A stretch of 52,497 nucleotides of DNA from Candidatus Poseidoniales archaeon (GCA_013911465.1 JACETE010000002.1:1-52497), one strand, 5' to 3'; counted from the first letter of the stretch, positions 25,822-35,402 are shown. Translations and numbers: made by a program. The notes: generated from the sequence alone by a model not told the origin.

Positions 25822-28800
25822 ATGGGGCGCAGTATTATATTTGTTCAGCCACTCCATTGCAAAAGAGGAATGAACATGCGAATTGCAAATGTTGGAAAAA
25901 GTATAGGTCTTGTAGGACTCCTTCTTACATCCCTAATGATAGGATTGGTCACTGTACCTACTGCTAGCGCAGTTAATGAAACATCAAACGGAACCATTGT
26001 AACCACGGAAACATGGAGCGGTACGCATACTCTTACCGGCGATGTTACCGTTGCAGAAGGTGCAAAGCTTGTCATCAATGCAGGTACTACAATCAATATT
26101 CCACCTGGCGTCTACATCGACGTTGAAGGAGCAATTTGTGCAGGATCTGCCGCATGCGGTGCCTCTCAAGGAAGCGCATCATCCCAAATTCGATTTGAAT
26201 GGGCGACTCCTGCAGACTATTCCGTCGCTGGACGCTGTTATCAACAAGGAAATCAATTGCTAACCAATTCTGATGCTGCTTGCGGTTCAGGTGTTATTAT
26301 TCGCAGCACCATCAACCAAGCATCGACTGGATTCTCATATGTTTCATTCAACAATGCATACGGATTCCCAATTTACGTCCAAACACTGCAAGCTGTTCAG
26401 TACGGGACACTGATCTTTGAAGGTTCCTCAGCAACTGCGGACAATTTGGCATTCTCAAACATCAATACATCAAACATCATTGCTCTTGATTTTGCAGCAC
26501 CGACCATTCGTGACTCAACATTCACGATTGGTGATGACGGTCGAGGATACGATGCCGCAGCAGTTCGAGCATACGAGGCCGGTGCAGGGATTCTCTCTGC
26601 CTTAACCATCACAGGATCGACATTCACGGGTAACACACAAGCTCAATGCGGTAACCAAGGCGGTGGCCGTGTTCTGATTTACGCTGAATCCTCTTACGTC
26701 TCGATGGACAATTTGGACATCAAGGACAATGCTTACGGTGTATTTTTCAAAGGTTCATCGGGATCACTTGGGAACACCACTTTCGATGTTTTGTGCAATG
26801 CGATTGACACCAACTCCTACAAAACAACAGGTGACTTTGCTCACACCCTCTATCTCGACAACAACATTATCACCACAGGTGAGGGTGCTGGAATCACGGC
26901 CTATGACGGTGCGATTGTAACTGCAACAAGGAACACCATTTCTGGCGCATCAGGTGGTTCAGGATTTGGTATCCGTGATTCTACAGTTATCGCTCACGAA
27001 AACACAGTAGGGCCAATCACAGGATTCAACGGTTTTTGGGTCTATGGTCAATCAGAGGTTGAACTCGAAAACAACACCATTCAAGATACCGCTAAAGAGC
27101 CTGTTCAAATCGGAGAATACCACTACCGAGACCAAGGTAGTAATTATCCAGGTCCATCTCCAAATCGTGCGTACATCGCAAACAACATCATCTCGAACAA
27201 CTCAGGAACATGCAACTCCCTGTGGATGTATGGAGGAGATTTCCTTTGTCCAGCAATTCACGTCTTCACATCTTCAGCAACCATCGTCGATAACACCATT
27301 ACAAACAACGCAGGAGACGGCCTTCGAATCAAGGGCTCCATTGTGAACGTTCAAGGCAACCAGATTGAAGCAGGTCAATTCGCTGCTAACATTACACACT
27401 TTGACAATCAATATGGGCAGAAGTATGGTTCGATTGGATATTTCTCTGGGAACACATGGACAAATGCTACCCAAATCTACAACATTTCAGAATCCCGAGT
27501 AACCGTTCAATCGGAATACATTCCTGATGCTGGTGGAGATTACTCCTACCCTGTCATGCTTCAATGGCTTGGTGCAGAGTGTCCATTCGTTCAATCCGAG
27601 TGTCTCCTCTTGCCAGATACGGCTGTCGTTCCACCGCGTGACATGCCACTTGCGATCGAACTTGTCAACAATTCAACGGTATTCTCATTCGCCGACTTGC
27701 AGAATTTCGATGCATCGAAGATTCATGTTCAGAATCAGAATTCTGCTTGGGGTTCACAAGTACGTCAAGGTGAATTGGTCCGTTACCAAGTCAAGGCACA
27801 GAACAGCAATGTTGCTGGTGCAACCGTCATCATCAAGGATGCTACAGGTTTGCCAATTTACGAACTAACAACCGATAGTTTCGGATTCACACAACAAGTT
27901 TCTCTCCCATCTGACTTCTTACTCGACCGAAACTGGAATCATTTCGTAGGGGAGACTGGCGTTACTGTACCAGGCTCAGATCCAAGTAACCCAACCATCC
28001 TCGACGAAGACACATGTTCAGATGGTTACGACAATGACGGAGATACGTTCGTCGATGCAGATGACCCTGATTGCGCAAACGGCCGAGAACTGCCGTTTTA
28101 CATTGTTGAAGCTTACAAGTTTGGTAAGGGTAAGAAAGACTTCGATTTCGTTCTCAGTGGTTCTGTTGATGACGTTATCAGCCTCGACAACCTAAGGCCA
28201 AGTGTGACCGTCGAGCAATACGATGGAGATTCGTTTGCAATCAATGCGGTCATCACTGGTACAGCATGGGATGGACAGTCTGGTCCATATCCTCTGGATG
28301 TCATCGCATACGATCGACAATTCGGAATGATTGAGCGTGTCGAAATTCAACCACCTGGCAGCACCGATTGGTACTATGCAGTCGACACATCAGGTGCAAA
28401 CGGAGAACTCACGAAAGAAAATCATCCGTTCAAGACATGGACTTTCGATTGGGATCTTTCAGCTCACCCTGACGGTGAAAGCGACGTAACCTTCCGTATT
28501 CGTTCCTATGACGGATTGGATTACTCTCCAATTGAAGTACGTAAATTCAAACTGAATTTGGTACCTCCAACACTCTATCTTAACGAACCGTTGGATGGCT
28601 CAACCCACTCCAATGGAAAGATTCTCTTCACTGGAACAGCATCGGATCCGTATTCCGGTACGTGGGGATCCGACATTCAAGACATCTGGTTTGACGTTAG
28701 TGGGCCAAATGGCTATGCCTCTCACTTTGCCATTGATGGTGCAGTAGCTTGGGCATACGATTGGAACTTTGAAGAACTTGAAACAGGTGAATACACTTTC

Positions 28801-30222
28801 GAAGTTTGGGCGAGTGACAGTGATTTCTGTGATGATGAACAAGGAACGTGCGTAATTTCAACTCGTACTGTAACAGTTCTCAATGACAATATCATTCCAA
28901 TCGTTGACCTTTTGGAACCTGATGGCATCCAACCTGTGCGAGCAGAAACAAATACGCTCCTGACAGGATATGCAAGCGATGGTGCAGACGGTACAATCAC
29001 ACGTGTTGAGATCGAAATCCTAGACTTGGCGAGTGGCCTTCCAGTTCTTGATGGCCCAGACCCAGTGACTTCGTTCACGCAAGCAGGTCCAGGTTATTCA
29101 TGGTCAGCAGTTTGGGACACAAGCAAGTTGGTTCACGAACGGCAATACGAAATTCGGGTTAAGGCCTATGACGGTGAAGACTACTCTGTTGAGGATGTTG
29201 TTCGAATTACCATTTCAAAGCCGAGCGATGAAAACAACATCCCTCCGCAATTCAATTCTACGAATTGGCCAAACCAGTTGACAATCTTCTGTGTAATTGA
29301 TTCAAACTCAGAAAACCAGTGTGGTGGAGGAGCAGTTCTCGATTTGAAACAATACTTTAGCGACCCGGATTCCTCCTTCGATCAACTAAGCATTGACTTC
29401 TTGGATGACCAAACAGATCCATCGGACGATAACCACCAGTACTTCATTACAATTGATAGCGAAGGTTTCGCACGATACGACCCTCCTACAACACAAGTGA
29501 ACGAAGATATTTCTTCGTGGACAATTGAAAACGTTCGATTCGTGGTTCGCGACGTCTTTGATGAATCCGCAGTTTCTCGTGATGTCACATTCTTTGTCCA
29601 AGCAATCAAGTTCGACGTCACTCGAGAAAATACTGGTGAATCGGTGACTGCAACGAATCCAGCCGTGTTCAACGGAACTGGTCTTCCAGGTGCACGAATT
29701 GAAGCCCGTTCTCTTGCATCAGAAACACTGATCAAGACTGTTGTGGTTGGCGATACGGGTAGTTGGACAATGGAACTGTCTCTTCAAGACATGAACGATG
29801 CATCGAACGAACTCAAATTCTCAATGGACGGTCAAACCTTTGGAGGCAGTTCTGAACCAGCTTCGTTCAACGTCGTCGTTGGTGAAGCGGATGACGGTTC
29901 GAATCTCTTCCTCATAATCGGAATCATTGTAGGGGCTTTGTTGCTTCTCGGTGGGATTGGATATTTCTTCATTGAATTCGAAGACATTGAAGATGAAGGA
30001 TTTGCGACACAAGAAGTTGAAGAAGAAGTTGACCCATATGCATGGGGCAAGAAGGAGGTTGTTGCAATCCCACAGGAGGCTGCAACAGTTGCTCCACAAC
30101 CTGCTCCAGTTGCTCAACAGCCTGCTGCACCTCAAGCATCTGCTCAGCATCCTGGCTGGATGTGGGACCAAGAAACCAATCAATGGGTTCCTGATCCAAA
30201 CTACCAACCACCAGGACAATAA
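25822..30222 (+). CDS. Large surface protein: signal peptide, right-handed parallel beta-helix (PbH1) repeats, Ig-like modules, C-terminal TM and a long cytoplasmic tail. The true start is probably ATG 25870 or 25876.
   Basis: 1466-aa ORF. MNMRIANVGKSIGLVGLLLTSLMIGLVTVPTASA looks like a signal peptide. PbH1-like repeats include AYIANNIISNNSG and IVDNTITNNAGDGLRIKGS. A Cys/Asp-rich motif CSDGYDNDGDTFVDADDPDC is present. TM segment LFLIIGIIVGALLLLGGIGYFFI (from about 29905). Tail is acidic, then Pro/Gln-rich, then HPGWMWDQETNQWVPDPNYQPPGQ. Confidence 0.85.
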   Translation: MGRSIIFVQPLHCKRGMNMRIANVGKSIGLVGLLLTSLMIGLVTVPTASAVNETSNGTIVTTETWSGTHTLTGDVTVAEGAKLVINAGTTINIPPGVYIDVEGAICAGSAACGASQGSASSQIRFEWATPADYSVAGRCYQQGNQLLTNSDAACGSGVIIRSTINQASTGFSYVSFNNAYGFPIYVQTLQAVQYGTLIFEGSSATADNLAFSNINTSNIIALDFAAPTIRDSTFTIGDDGRGYDAAAVRAYEAGAGILSALTITGSTFTGNTQAQCGNQGGGRVLIYAESSYVSMDNLDIKDNAYGVFFKGSSGSLGNTTFDVLCNAIDTNSYKTTGDFAHTLYLDNNIITTGEGAGITAYDGAIVTATRNTISGASGGSGFGIRDSTVIAHENTVGPITGFNGFWVYGQSEVELENNTIQDTAKEPVQIGEYHYRDQGSNYPGPSPNRAYIANNIISNNSGTCNSLWMYGGDFLCPAIHVFTSSATIVDNTITNNAGDGLRIKGSIVNVQGNQIEAGQFAANITHFDNQYGQKYGSIGYFSGNTWTNATQIYNISESRVTVQSEYIPDAGGDYSYPVMLQWLGAECPFVQSECLLLPDTAVVPPRDMPLAIELVNNSTVFSFADLQNFDASKIHVQNQNSAWGSQVRQGELVRYQVKAQNSNVAGATVIIKDATGLPIYELTTDSFGFTQQVSLPSDFLLDRNWNHFVGETGVTVPGSDPSNPTILDEDTCSDGYDNDGDTFVDADDPDCANGRELPFYIVEAYKFGKGKKDFDFVLSGSVDDVISLDNLRPSVTVEQYDGDSFAINAVITGTAWDGQSGPYPLDVIAYDRQFGMIERVEIQPPGSTDWYYAVDTSGANGELTKENHPFKTWTFDWDLSAHPDGESDVTFRIRSYDGLDYSPIEVRKFKLNLVPPTLYLNEPLDGSTHSNGKILFTGTASDPYSGTWGSDIQDIWFDVSGPNGYASHFAIDGAVAWAYDWNFEELETGEYTFEVWASDSDFCDDEQGTCVISTRTVTVLNDNIIPIVDLLEPDGIQPVRAETNTLLTGYASDGADGTITRVEIEILDLASGLPVLDGPDPVTSFTQAGPGYSWSAVWDTSKLVHERQYEIRVKAYDGEDYSVEDVVRITISKPSDENNIPPQFNSTNWPNQLTIFCVIDSNSENQCGGGAVLDLKQYFSDPDSSFDQLSIDFLDDQTDPSDDNHQYFITIDSEGFARYDPPTTQVNEDISSWTIENVRFVVRDVFDESAVSRDVTFFVQAIKFDVTRENTGESVTATNPAVFNGTGLPGARIEARSLASETLIKTVVVGDTGSWTMELSLQDMNDASNELKFSMDGQTFGGSSEPASFNVVVGEADDGSNLFLIIGIIVGALLLLGGIGYFFIEFEDIEDEGFATQEVEEEVDPYAWGKKEVVAIPQEAATVAPQPAPVAQQPAAPQASAQHPGWMWDQETNQWVPDPNYQPPGQ
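25831..25843 (+). promoter_or_regulatory. TATA-box-like element (AGTATTATATTTG) about 30 bp upstream of ATG 25870/25876
   Basis: The AT-rich motif sits where an archaeal TATA box would be expected for a short-leader or leaderless transcript. If it is used, the track start at 25822 lies upstream of the promoter and is not the real start. Confidence 0.35.
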
Positions 30223-30235
30223 TCGGTGTGATTGA

Positions 30236-32749
30236 ATGATAGCCAAACCTGGCGTTCAGGAGAAGGTGCTGTTGCATCTTTTGGATTATGCCGATTTCAA
30301 GGAGAAGGTCGAGGTTCCGTTTGCACTATCGCAAATGGGCATTGCAAATGCTGTCGCAATTGCTCGCTCGAATGTACCTCGGGCCATTTCGGGACTTCGA
30401 GATCAAGGTCTCCTCGTTGAACGGCAAGCTCACGTTCAGGGAGTTAGCCGGAAGCGAAAGGCGTACTTCTTGACTGATTCAGGCATTATTGCTGCTGAAG
30501 AAACATGGAATCGTCTTCGAGAATTTCAATTTCGTTGCATCAACGTTGAAGGTGAAACCGTATCGACTTCACTTGGAGGTGCACATGAGGTTTTGCCATT
30601 CACAATGCGCCCTGTCGATATCATCCGATATTTGGATGACAATCTCATTCTTGATGCTCGTTCATTGTCTGAAGATTTGATTGAACGTGATTTGTCAAAA
30701 CAAGTTGAGAAGCAATTGGTTACTTCCTTGGGTGATCTTCCTCGTTTGCGCCATTTCTTTGGCAGAGAAAAAGAACTTGACAACATGGTCAACCTCCTCG
30801 ATGCAAGAGCAACGACATTGATGATTCCTGGTATTGCTGGAATTGGGAAGACAACCATAGCAGCAAAACTGATTGAACGATTCATGCACAGGAGAAATCT
30901 TCTGTACCATCGCTGTCAAGATTGGGAGGGCTCACGTGCATTGTTTGAGTCCTTAGCAGAGTGGTTGCTTAACATTGGAGATTCATCGTTTGCCGATTAT
31001 TTGGCAGCGACTCCCGTTCCAAAACCCGATGATGCTGCCCGAATTCTCATCGATTCGCTCGAAAACACACCCACTCTCATCGTCATCGATGATTTCCACA
31101 AAGTTTCGGATGCTATTCTCTTCCAAACGATTCAATCGATGACAATCGGTCTTCTTGGTAGTGAGGAATCAATTGGATTAGTGATTTTCTCTCGTTCGTT
31201 CAAGCCTGTTGTTCCAACCAAAGATGCAGAAGGTCGAATTACCAGTCTTGTTCTTCCACTCGATGGTCTAGATTCTGATGCTGCACGGAACATTCTCACA
31301 GGCTTTGAAGATCTTTCAACCGAACAATGGTTGCATATTCACGGTTTGTCACGTGGTCACCCTCTCGTCTTGGAACTGATCAATCGGGGTGCATCAGCTG
31401 GGGCTTTCCATGATACGCTGGAACATTATGTTACAAAGGAAATCTTTTCGAAACTGTCAGCAGAACAAAAACGTGTTCTTACAGTACTATCAGTCTTTAG
31501 AGAGTCTGTTTCGTTGGATGCTCTGCTTGCACATGAACTCGATATCGACGTTTTGGACAGTCTAGTTGAGCAAGGACTTGCTCGACAAGTCGATGTCGAT
31601 GTGTATGACGTTCACGATTTGATTCGTGAGTTCCTTGTACGCAGTATTGATGAACAGACCAAACAAACAGTACACAGCAATTGTGCAATGTACTACAGTA
31701 AACTCAGCAAATCATCGGAAACCACTCTTGAACAAATCTATCACGAGCTTGCTTCTGAACATGAACAAGAAGCGATTGAGAAGATTGTCGAGTTCGGTCG
31801 ACAACTCGTCTCACAGGGACATCTTGAATTGCTCAGCCTGATTGAGAGTGTTAATATTGAACGTTTAGAACCTGATTTGATGGCTCCAATGATGCAACTT
31901 CAAGGTGACATTCTGTTAATGCTCGGTCGATTTGAACAGGCATCGTCAATTTTTGAAACAGCAAGTGAAGCTGCCAAGGAAGCAAAACTTCCTGTAATCT
32001 ATTCAGAAATCCTTGGTTCACAAGCAGACATTGCAATGAAGCAAGGCCAAACCGATACCGCACTTCGTGCACACAAAGAGGCGCTTGAGGTACAAGTAGA
32101 ACTTGGTGACGCAAAGGGTGCTGCTCGAACCTACAACAACATGGGTTATTTGTACCGAAGGAAAAACGATCGCAACAAGGCCCTGGAAGCGTATTCTGAA
32201 GTCGAGGCAATCATCAGCAATGACGAATCCTTGTTGAGTGCTCAAATCATTCTTGGTCGTGCTCTTCTGGATTTAGGTGAGGTGGAGAGGGCTCGAAAAC
32301 ACGCGTTTGAAGCCTTTGAACGCACGGATAAAGCGGAAGATCTTCTAGCCCACGCTCGGGCTCAAGCATTGCTTGGTCGATATCACGCAAAGATGAATGA
32401 CGCTGAGACTTCGATGCACCACTACACTGAATCGCTAAACATCATGTCCGATGCAGGTGATCCAGTTTCAATGGTGGAATTGATGATTCTTCTTGGTGAA
32501 GTCCTTGAGGACAGTGGTCGAAGTGAAGAAGCGCTCGAGCGATACCGAGAAGCGTTGATCATCGCAGAAGCAAATGACTTGCGTATGCAAATCGGAGAGT
32601 TGCTCTCTAAACTGGGAGGAGTTGCACCAGACCGTCAACGTAGAATGGAGTACCTTCAGCGTGCACTCGCAGTATTCAGAGAATTGGGTGCACGTACACG
32701 CATGCGTGAAGTTCAATCACAAGTTCACTCAGCAATTATGGGACGCTAG
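30236..32749 (+). CDS. wHTH - STAND/AAA NTPase - TPR protein (signal-transducing ATPase, probable regulator)
   Basis: 837 aa. The N-terminal MarR/TrmB-like winged helix is LSQMGIANAVAIARSNVPRAISGLRDQGLLVERQ. Walker A GIAGIGKTT is at 30830..30856. Walker B LIVIDDFH is at 31076..31099. The C-terminal third carries TPR-like repeats (AARTYNNMGYLYRRKNDRNKALEAYSE; ALERYREALIIAE). The gene starts 13 nt after the stop of the preceding surface-protein gene. Confidence 0.85.
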   Translation: MIAKPGVQEKVLLHLLDYADFKEKVEVPFALSQMGIANAVAIARSNVPRAISGLRDQGLLVERQAHVQGVSRKRKAYFLTDSGIIAAEETWNRLREFQFRCINVEGETVSTSLGGAHEVLPFTMRPVDIIRYLDDNLILDARSLSEDLIERDLSKQVEKQLVTSLGDLPRLRHFFGREKELDNMVNLLDARATTLMIPGIAGIGKTTIAAKLIERFMHRRNLLYHRCQDWEGSRALFESLAEWLLNIGDSSFADYLAATPVPKPDDAARILIDSLENTPTLIVIDDFHKVSDAILFQTIQSMTIGLLGSEESIGLVIFSRSFKPVVPTKDAEGRITSLVLPLDGLDSDAARNILTGFEDLSTEQWLHIHGLSRGHPLVLELINRGASAGAFHDTLEHYVTKEIFSKLSAEQKRVLTVLSVFRESVSLDALLAHELDIDVLDSLVEQGLARQVDVDVYDVHDLIREFLVRSIDEQTKQTVHSNCAMYYSKLSKSSETTLEQIYHELASEHEQEAIEKIVEFGRQLVSQGHLELLSLIESVNIERLEPDLMAPMMQLQGDILLMLGRFEQASSIFETASEAAKEAKLPVIYSEILGSQADIAMKQGQTDTALRAHKEALEVQVELGDAKGAARTYNNMGYLYRRKNDRNKALEAYSEVEAIISNDESLLSAQIILGRALLDLGEVERARKHAFEAFERTDKAEDLLAHARAQALLGRYHAKMNDAETSMHHYTESLNIMSDAGDPVSMVELMILLGEVLEDSGRSEEALERYREALIIAEANDLRMQIGELLSKLGGVAPDRQRRMEYLQRALAVFRELGARTRMREVQSQVHSAIMGR

Positions 32750-33216
32750 AACATCGGACGGTCGAGTTCGATCGTGATGTTCCCATTGTGATAGACAACC
32801 CAAATGGATTCAACTCCAGCGAGTTCGATCACACCAGAATGTGGAACTGAAGCAGTACCTGAGAGCGATCGTTCGGTGTCCAAATCACCTTGAGCATCGT
32901 ACAGAATCAATTCAGTATCGGTCAATTCGAGCGTAAATTGGGATTCATCCGCCTCTGTAGCCCTCCAATACACACGTTCTGCATAGGATGAATCATCAAT
33001 TCGACTGGCAATATCGGTACGCTCAATCGCGGCAGATAAGTCATTCATGTTGGCTTCAATTGCTTCTTCATTCCAACGCTCTCTTGTTGCTGTTTCGATG
33101 TCGTAAATCCAAAGACTGAACATTGTCAACAACAAGACTCCCAATAGAAACGTGAAGACATAACCGAGTTCAGTCGCAGCACCTTCCCTGTTTCTTTGAA
33201 GCGTTGTTATGTTCAT
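32746..33216 (-). CDS. Small archaeal type IV pilin-like protein (class-III signal-peptide-like N-terminus)
   Basis: 156 aa. The N-terminus is MNITTLQRNREGAATELGYVFTFLLGVLLLTMFSLWIY, a charged head followed by about 20 hydrophobic residues. Its ATG overlaps the upstream stop (ATGA, plus-strand tcat at 33213..33216). Confidence 0.7.
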   Translation of the reverse strand: MNITTLQRNREGAATELGYVFTFLLGVLLLTMFSLWIYDIETATRERWNEEAIEANMNDLSAAIERTDIASRIDDSSYAERVYWRATEADESQFTLELTDTELILYDAQGDLDTERSLSGTASVPHSGVIELAGVESIWVVYHNGNITIELDRPMF

Positions 33217-35402
33217 GCAATCACCTCGGAAACATGTGCGTCAAGTGTAGATATTTGTAATGAAAATTGAATGGGTTGGCCTGCAGTATGCCAGACCGAT
33301 TCAACAGTTCCAAACCCTGGGTCTGGTACCCATCCAACATAGTCGTTGAGCAAATCCAATCGGCCTGGATAGATCGTCCAATCTTCACTTCCTTCCAATC
33401 CGTCAGTAGATGATTGAGCAATTGCCTTTCCATAGGGTTCTGCCCAGCCACGACGCACCTCATATGCTACATCACTTGCGAGAGAGGTTCGTTTGGTCAA
33501 GGTCACTTCCATTGACAGGACTCCTCCTCCCACGGCGGAATCACTCGTTGGATGAAGTGCAGGGATGGTCGCTGCAAATCGGGGGCCTGGGCCACCACGG
33601 TCAGCAGGCGGGGCTAGAACCGTCGGATTGAATTCAGGATGGTTCGTTACGACTGCTCCACCGCTCATAGCCACCTCCATTCCAGTAACTGAGGATTCAA
33701 ATCCGTAAACAAATCGTGAGATTTGCATCACCCAAGCACTCCCAATGGGTGTGTAGGGCTCTTCTACAATAAGGCCATAGAGTTCAACGTGCAAACTTGC
33801 AGGATATGTTCCTGAGCGCCAAGCTTCTTGCAAATCGATAATACTGCGACCTCCCATGCTCGACCATGGCATCGATACATCAACCCAGCCCGATGCTGTG
33901 ATATCAATTGAAACACAACGACGTGCGCCGTCATGAAGACTTTCTTGCAATCCTATGGTTCCAGATTCAACCAGTGCATAGATTCCATGTCCTTTGATCG
34001 TATCGACATCAAGCGCTTCTCCATTAACTGGGATGCGTAGTGATTCTCCTCGGTTGAGGACAGTCTCATTCTCTGCAAGTGTTGAAATGTTGAGTGTTGA
34101 TTGCTCTCCATTCGATCGAAGTTCCAGATTGTAGATGTTGGAGTGGTTCGAATTGAACATCAATCCAGATTCCATTCCAGTGTCCGCTGCTCCAAGTTCG
34201 AACACTCCAATGGGCGAAGAAGAACTTGTCCAAGTGACAGAAATAGGTAGGTCGCTCTGAAGATTGCTTGCTCCATCGAGTTCGAGCGGAGGCCAAGCAA
34301 CACTGTAACTGCTTTTCTCATCGATGGTAACGCCAGAACCTCTCCAAGTAACGGTGGCGGATTCATCGTTTGGATTGCTCAATAAGACATAACCATCCTG
34401 TGTTGGAGGAATAAACGATGTACCGTGAATTGAGCCTGTAAGACTCTTCCATGTGGCCGATCCTAGAGTGTCACCGATTGAGAGCATAAGTTGAGCATTG
34501 GTAGTTGTTGTAATATGAACAACTTGAGCAGTGTTGAGTTCAAGTGTCTTGTTCCATTTTGTCTTCACATTCAGGAGTTCAGACGGTAAGGCAACTTCTG
34601 TAAAATCTCCAAACAATCCGTTGCCGTGAACCATGAGAAGTTCTTCCGCTACGATGTTGATGTGGGAGGTTCCTGCTGGTAATGGCAACGCCCATGATCT
34701 GCCTAATCCATCTGCATTTGCATCGGTAGGTCGTGCCTCAGTGGTTCCTTCTCCTCCACGAAGCCAATGGACGACGAGTTCTTGGGAAGATTCCAAAGAC
34801 CAATCAGCATTATCAAACGACCATTGCTGAACATCATCAACAAATAATTCAGCAGTCTCTTGGACCTCCTCATTCCGTAAAACATCAACATCGATGGGTC
34901 CGAGAGGGAAACTCAAGCCCGGTTTTGTCGTGAAGATTACACTTTCAGCCCAAGTCGGAGCAGTGTAGTGGTACGGGCGATCAGGACCTAGACGTAGATC
35001 GGAGAAGCATGCTGTTGAGGTGGTCGATTCAGGGTGACGGATTTTGAGCATGTCATCAAAGTCCAGTGCATCTCGAATTCGGAAGGAATGATCTTCCTCC
35101 CACGTTGTCGAATACCACATGCCACTGCGCATAACGTCCCATGAAAGAGCACCGTCCACAGGAACGAACTCTTGAGTGACCACATCACCTGGCATTCCTT
35201 GCTCGGAGAGAGTCGCTGTTTGTTGGTTAAATTGTGTCATCTGGGCTGCCATATCGTGTCGTTCAACACTTCCTTCGAGTTCCTCGATCACAGGAATCAT
35301 AGTAACCATCATCAAACTGATGATGGAAATCACGCCACCAAACAGCAATACTGTGGCGATTGCTGCTGATACAGCTTCATCATCTCGGTGGAGTTCCATC
35401 AT
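33213..35402 (-). CDS. Large (729 aa) protein with an archaeal type IV pilin N-terminal domain (DUF1628-like)
   Basis: The N-terminus MMELHRDDEAVSAAIATVLLFGGVISIISLMMVTMIPVI fits the archaeal pilin pattern (charged)-AVS-x-hydrophobic. Its start overlaps the upstream stop in an ATGA (35399..35402). Confidence 0.75.
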   Translation of the reverse strand: MMELHRDDEAVSAAIATVLLFGGVISIISLMMVTMIPVIEELEGSVERHDMAAQMTQFNQQTATLSEQGMPGDVVTQEFVPVDGALSWDVMRSGMWYSTTWEEDHSFRIRDALDFDDMLKIRHPESTTSTACFSDLRLGPDRPYHYTAPTWAESVIFTTKPGLSFPLGPIDVDVLRNEEVQETAELFVDDVQQWSFDNADWSLESSQELVVHWLRGGEGTTEARPTDANADGLGRSWALPLPAGTSHINIVAEELLMVHGNGLFGDFTEVALPSELLNVKTKWNKTLELNTAQVVHITTTTNAQLMLSIGDTLGSATWKSLTGSIHGTSFIPPTQDGYVLLSNPNDESATVTWRGSGVTIDEKSSYSVAWPPLELDGASNLQSDLPISVTWTSSSSPIGVFELGAADTGMESGLMFNSNHSNIYNLELRSNGEQSTLNISTLAENETVLNRGESLRIPVNGEALDVDTIKGHGIYALVESGTIGLQESLHDGARRCVSIDITASGWVDVSMPWSSMGGRSIIDLQEAWRSGTYPASLHVELYGLIVEEPYTPIGSAWVMQISRFVYGFESSVTGMEVAMSGGAVVTNHPEFNPTVLAPPADRGGPGPRFAATIPALHPTSDSAVGGGVLSMEVTLTKRTSLASDVAYEVRRGWAEPYGKAIAQSSTDGLEGSEDWTIYPGRLDLLNDYVGWVPDPGFGTVESVWHTAGQPIQFSLQISTLDAHVSEVIA

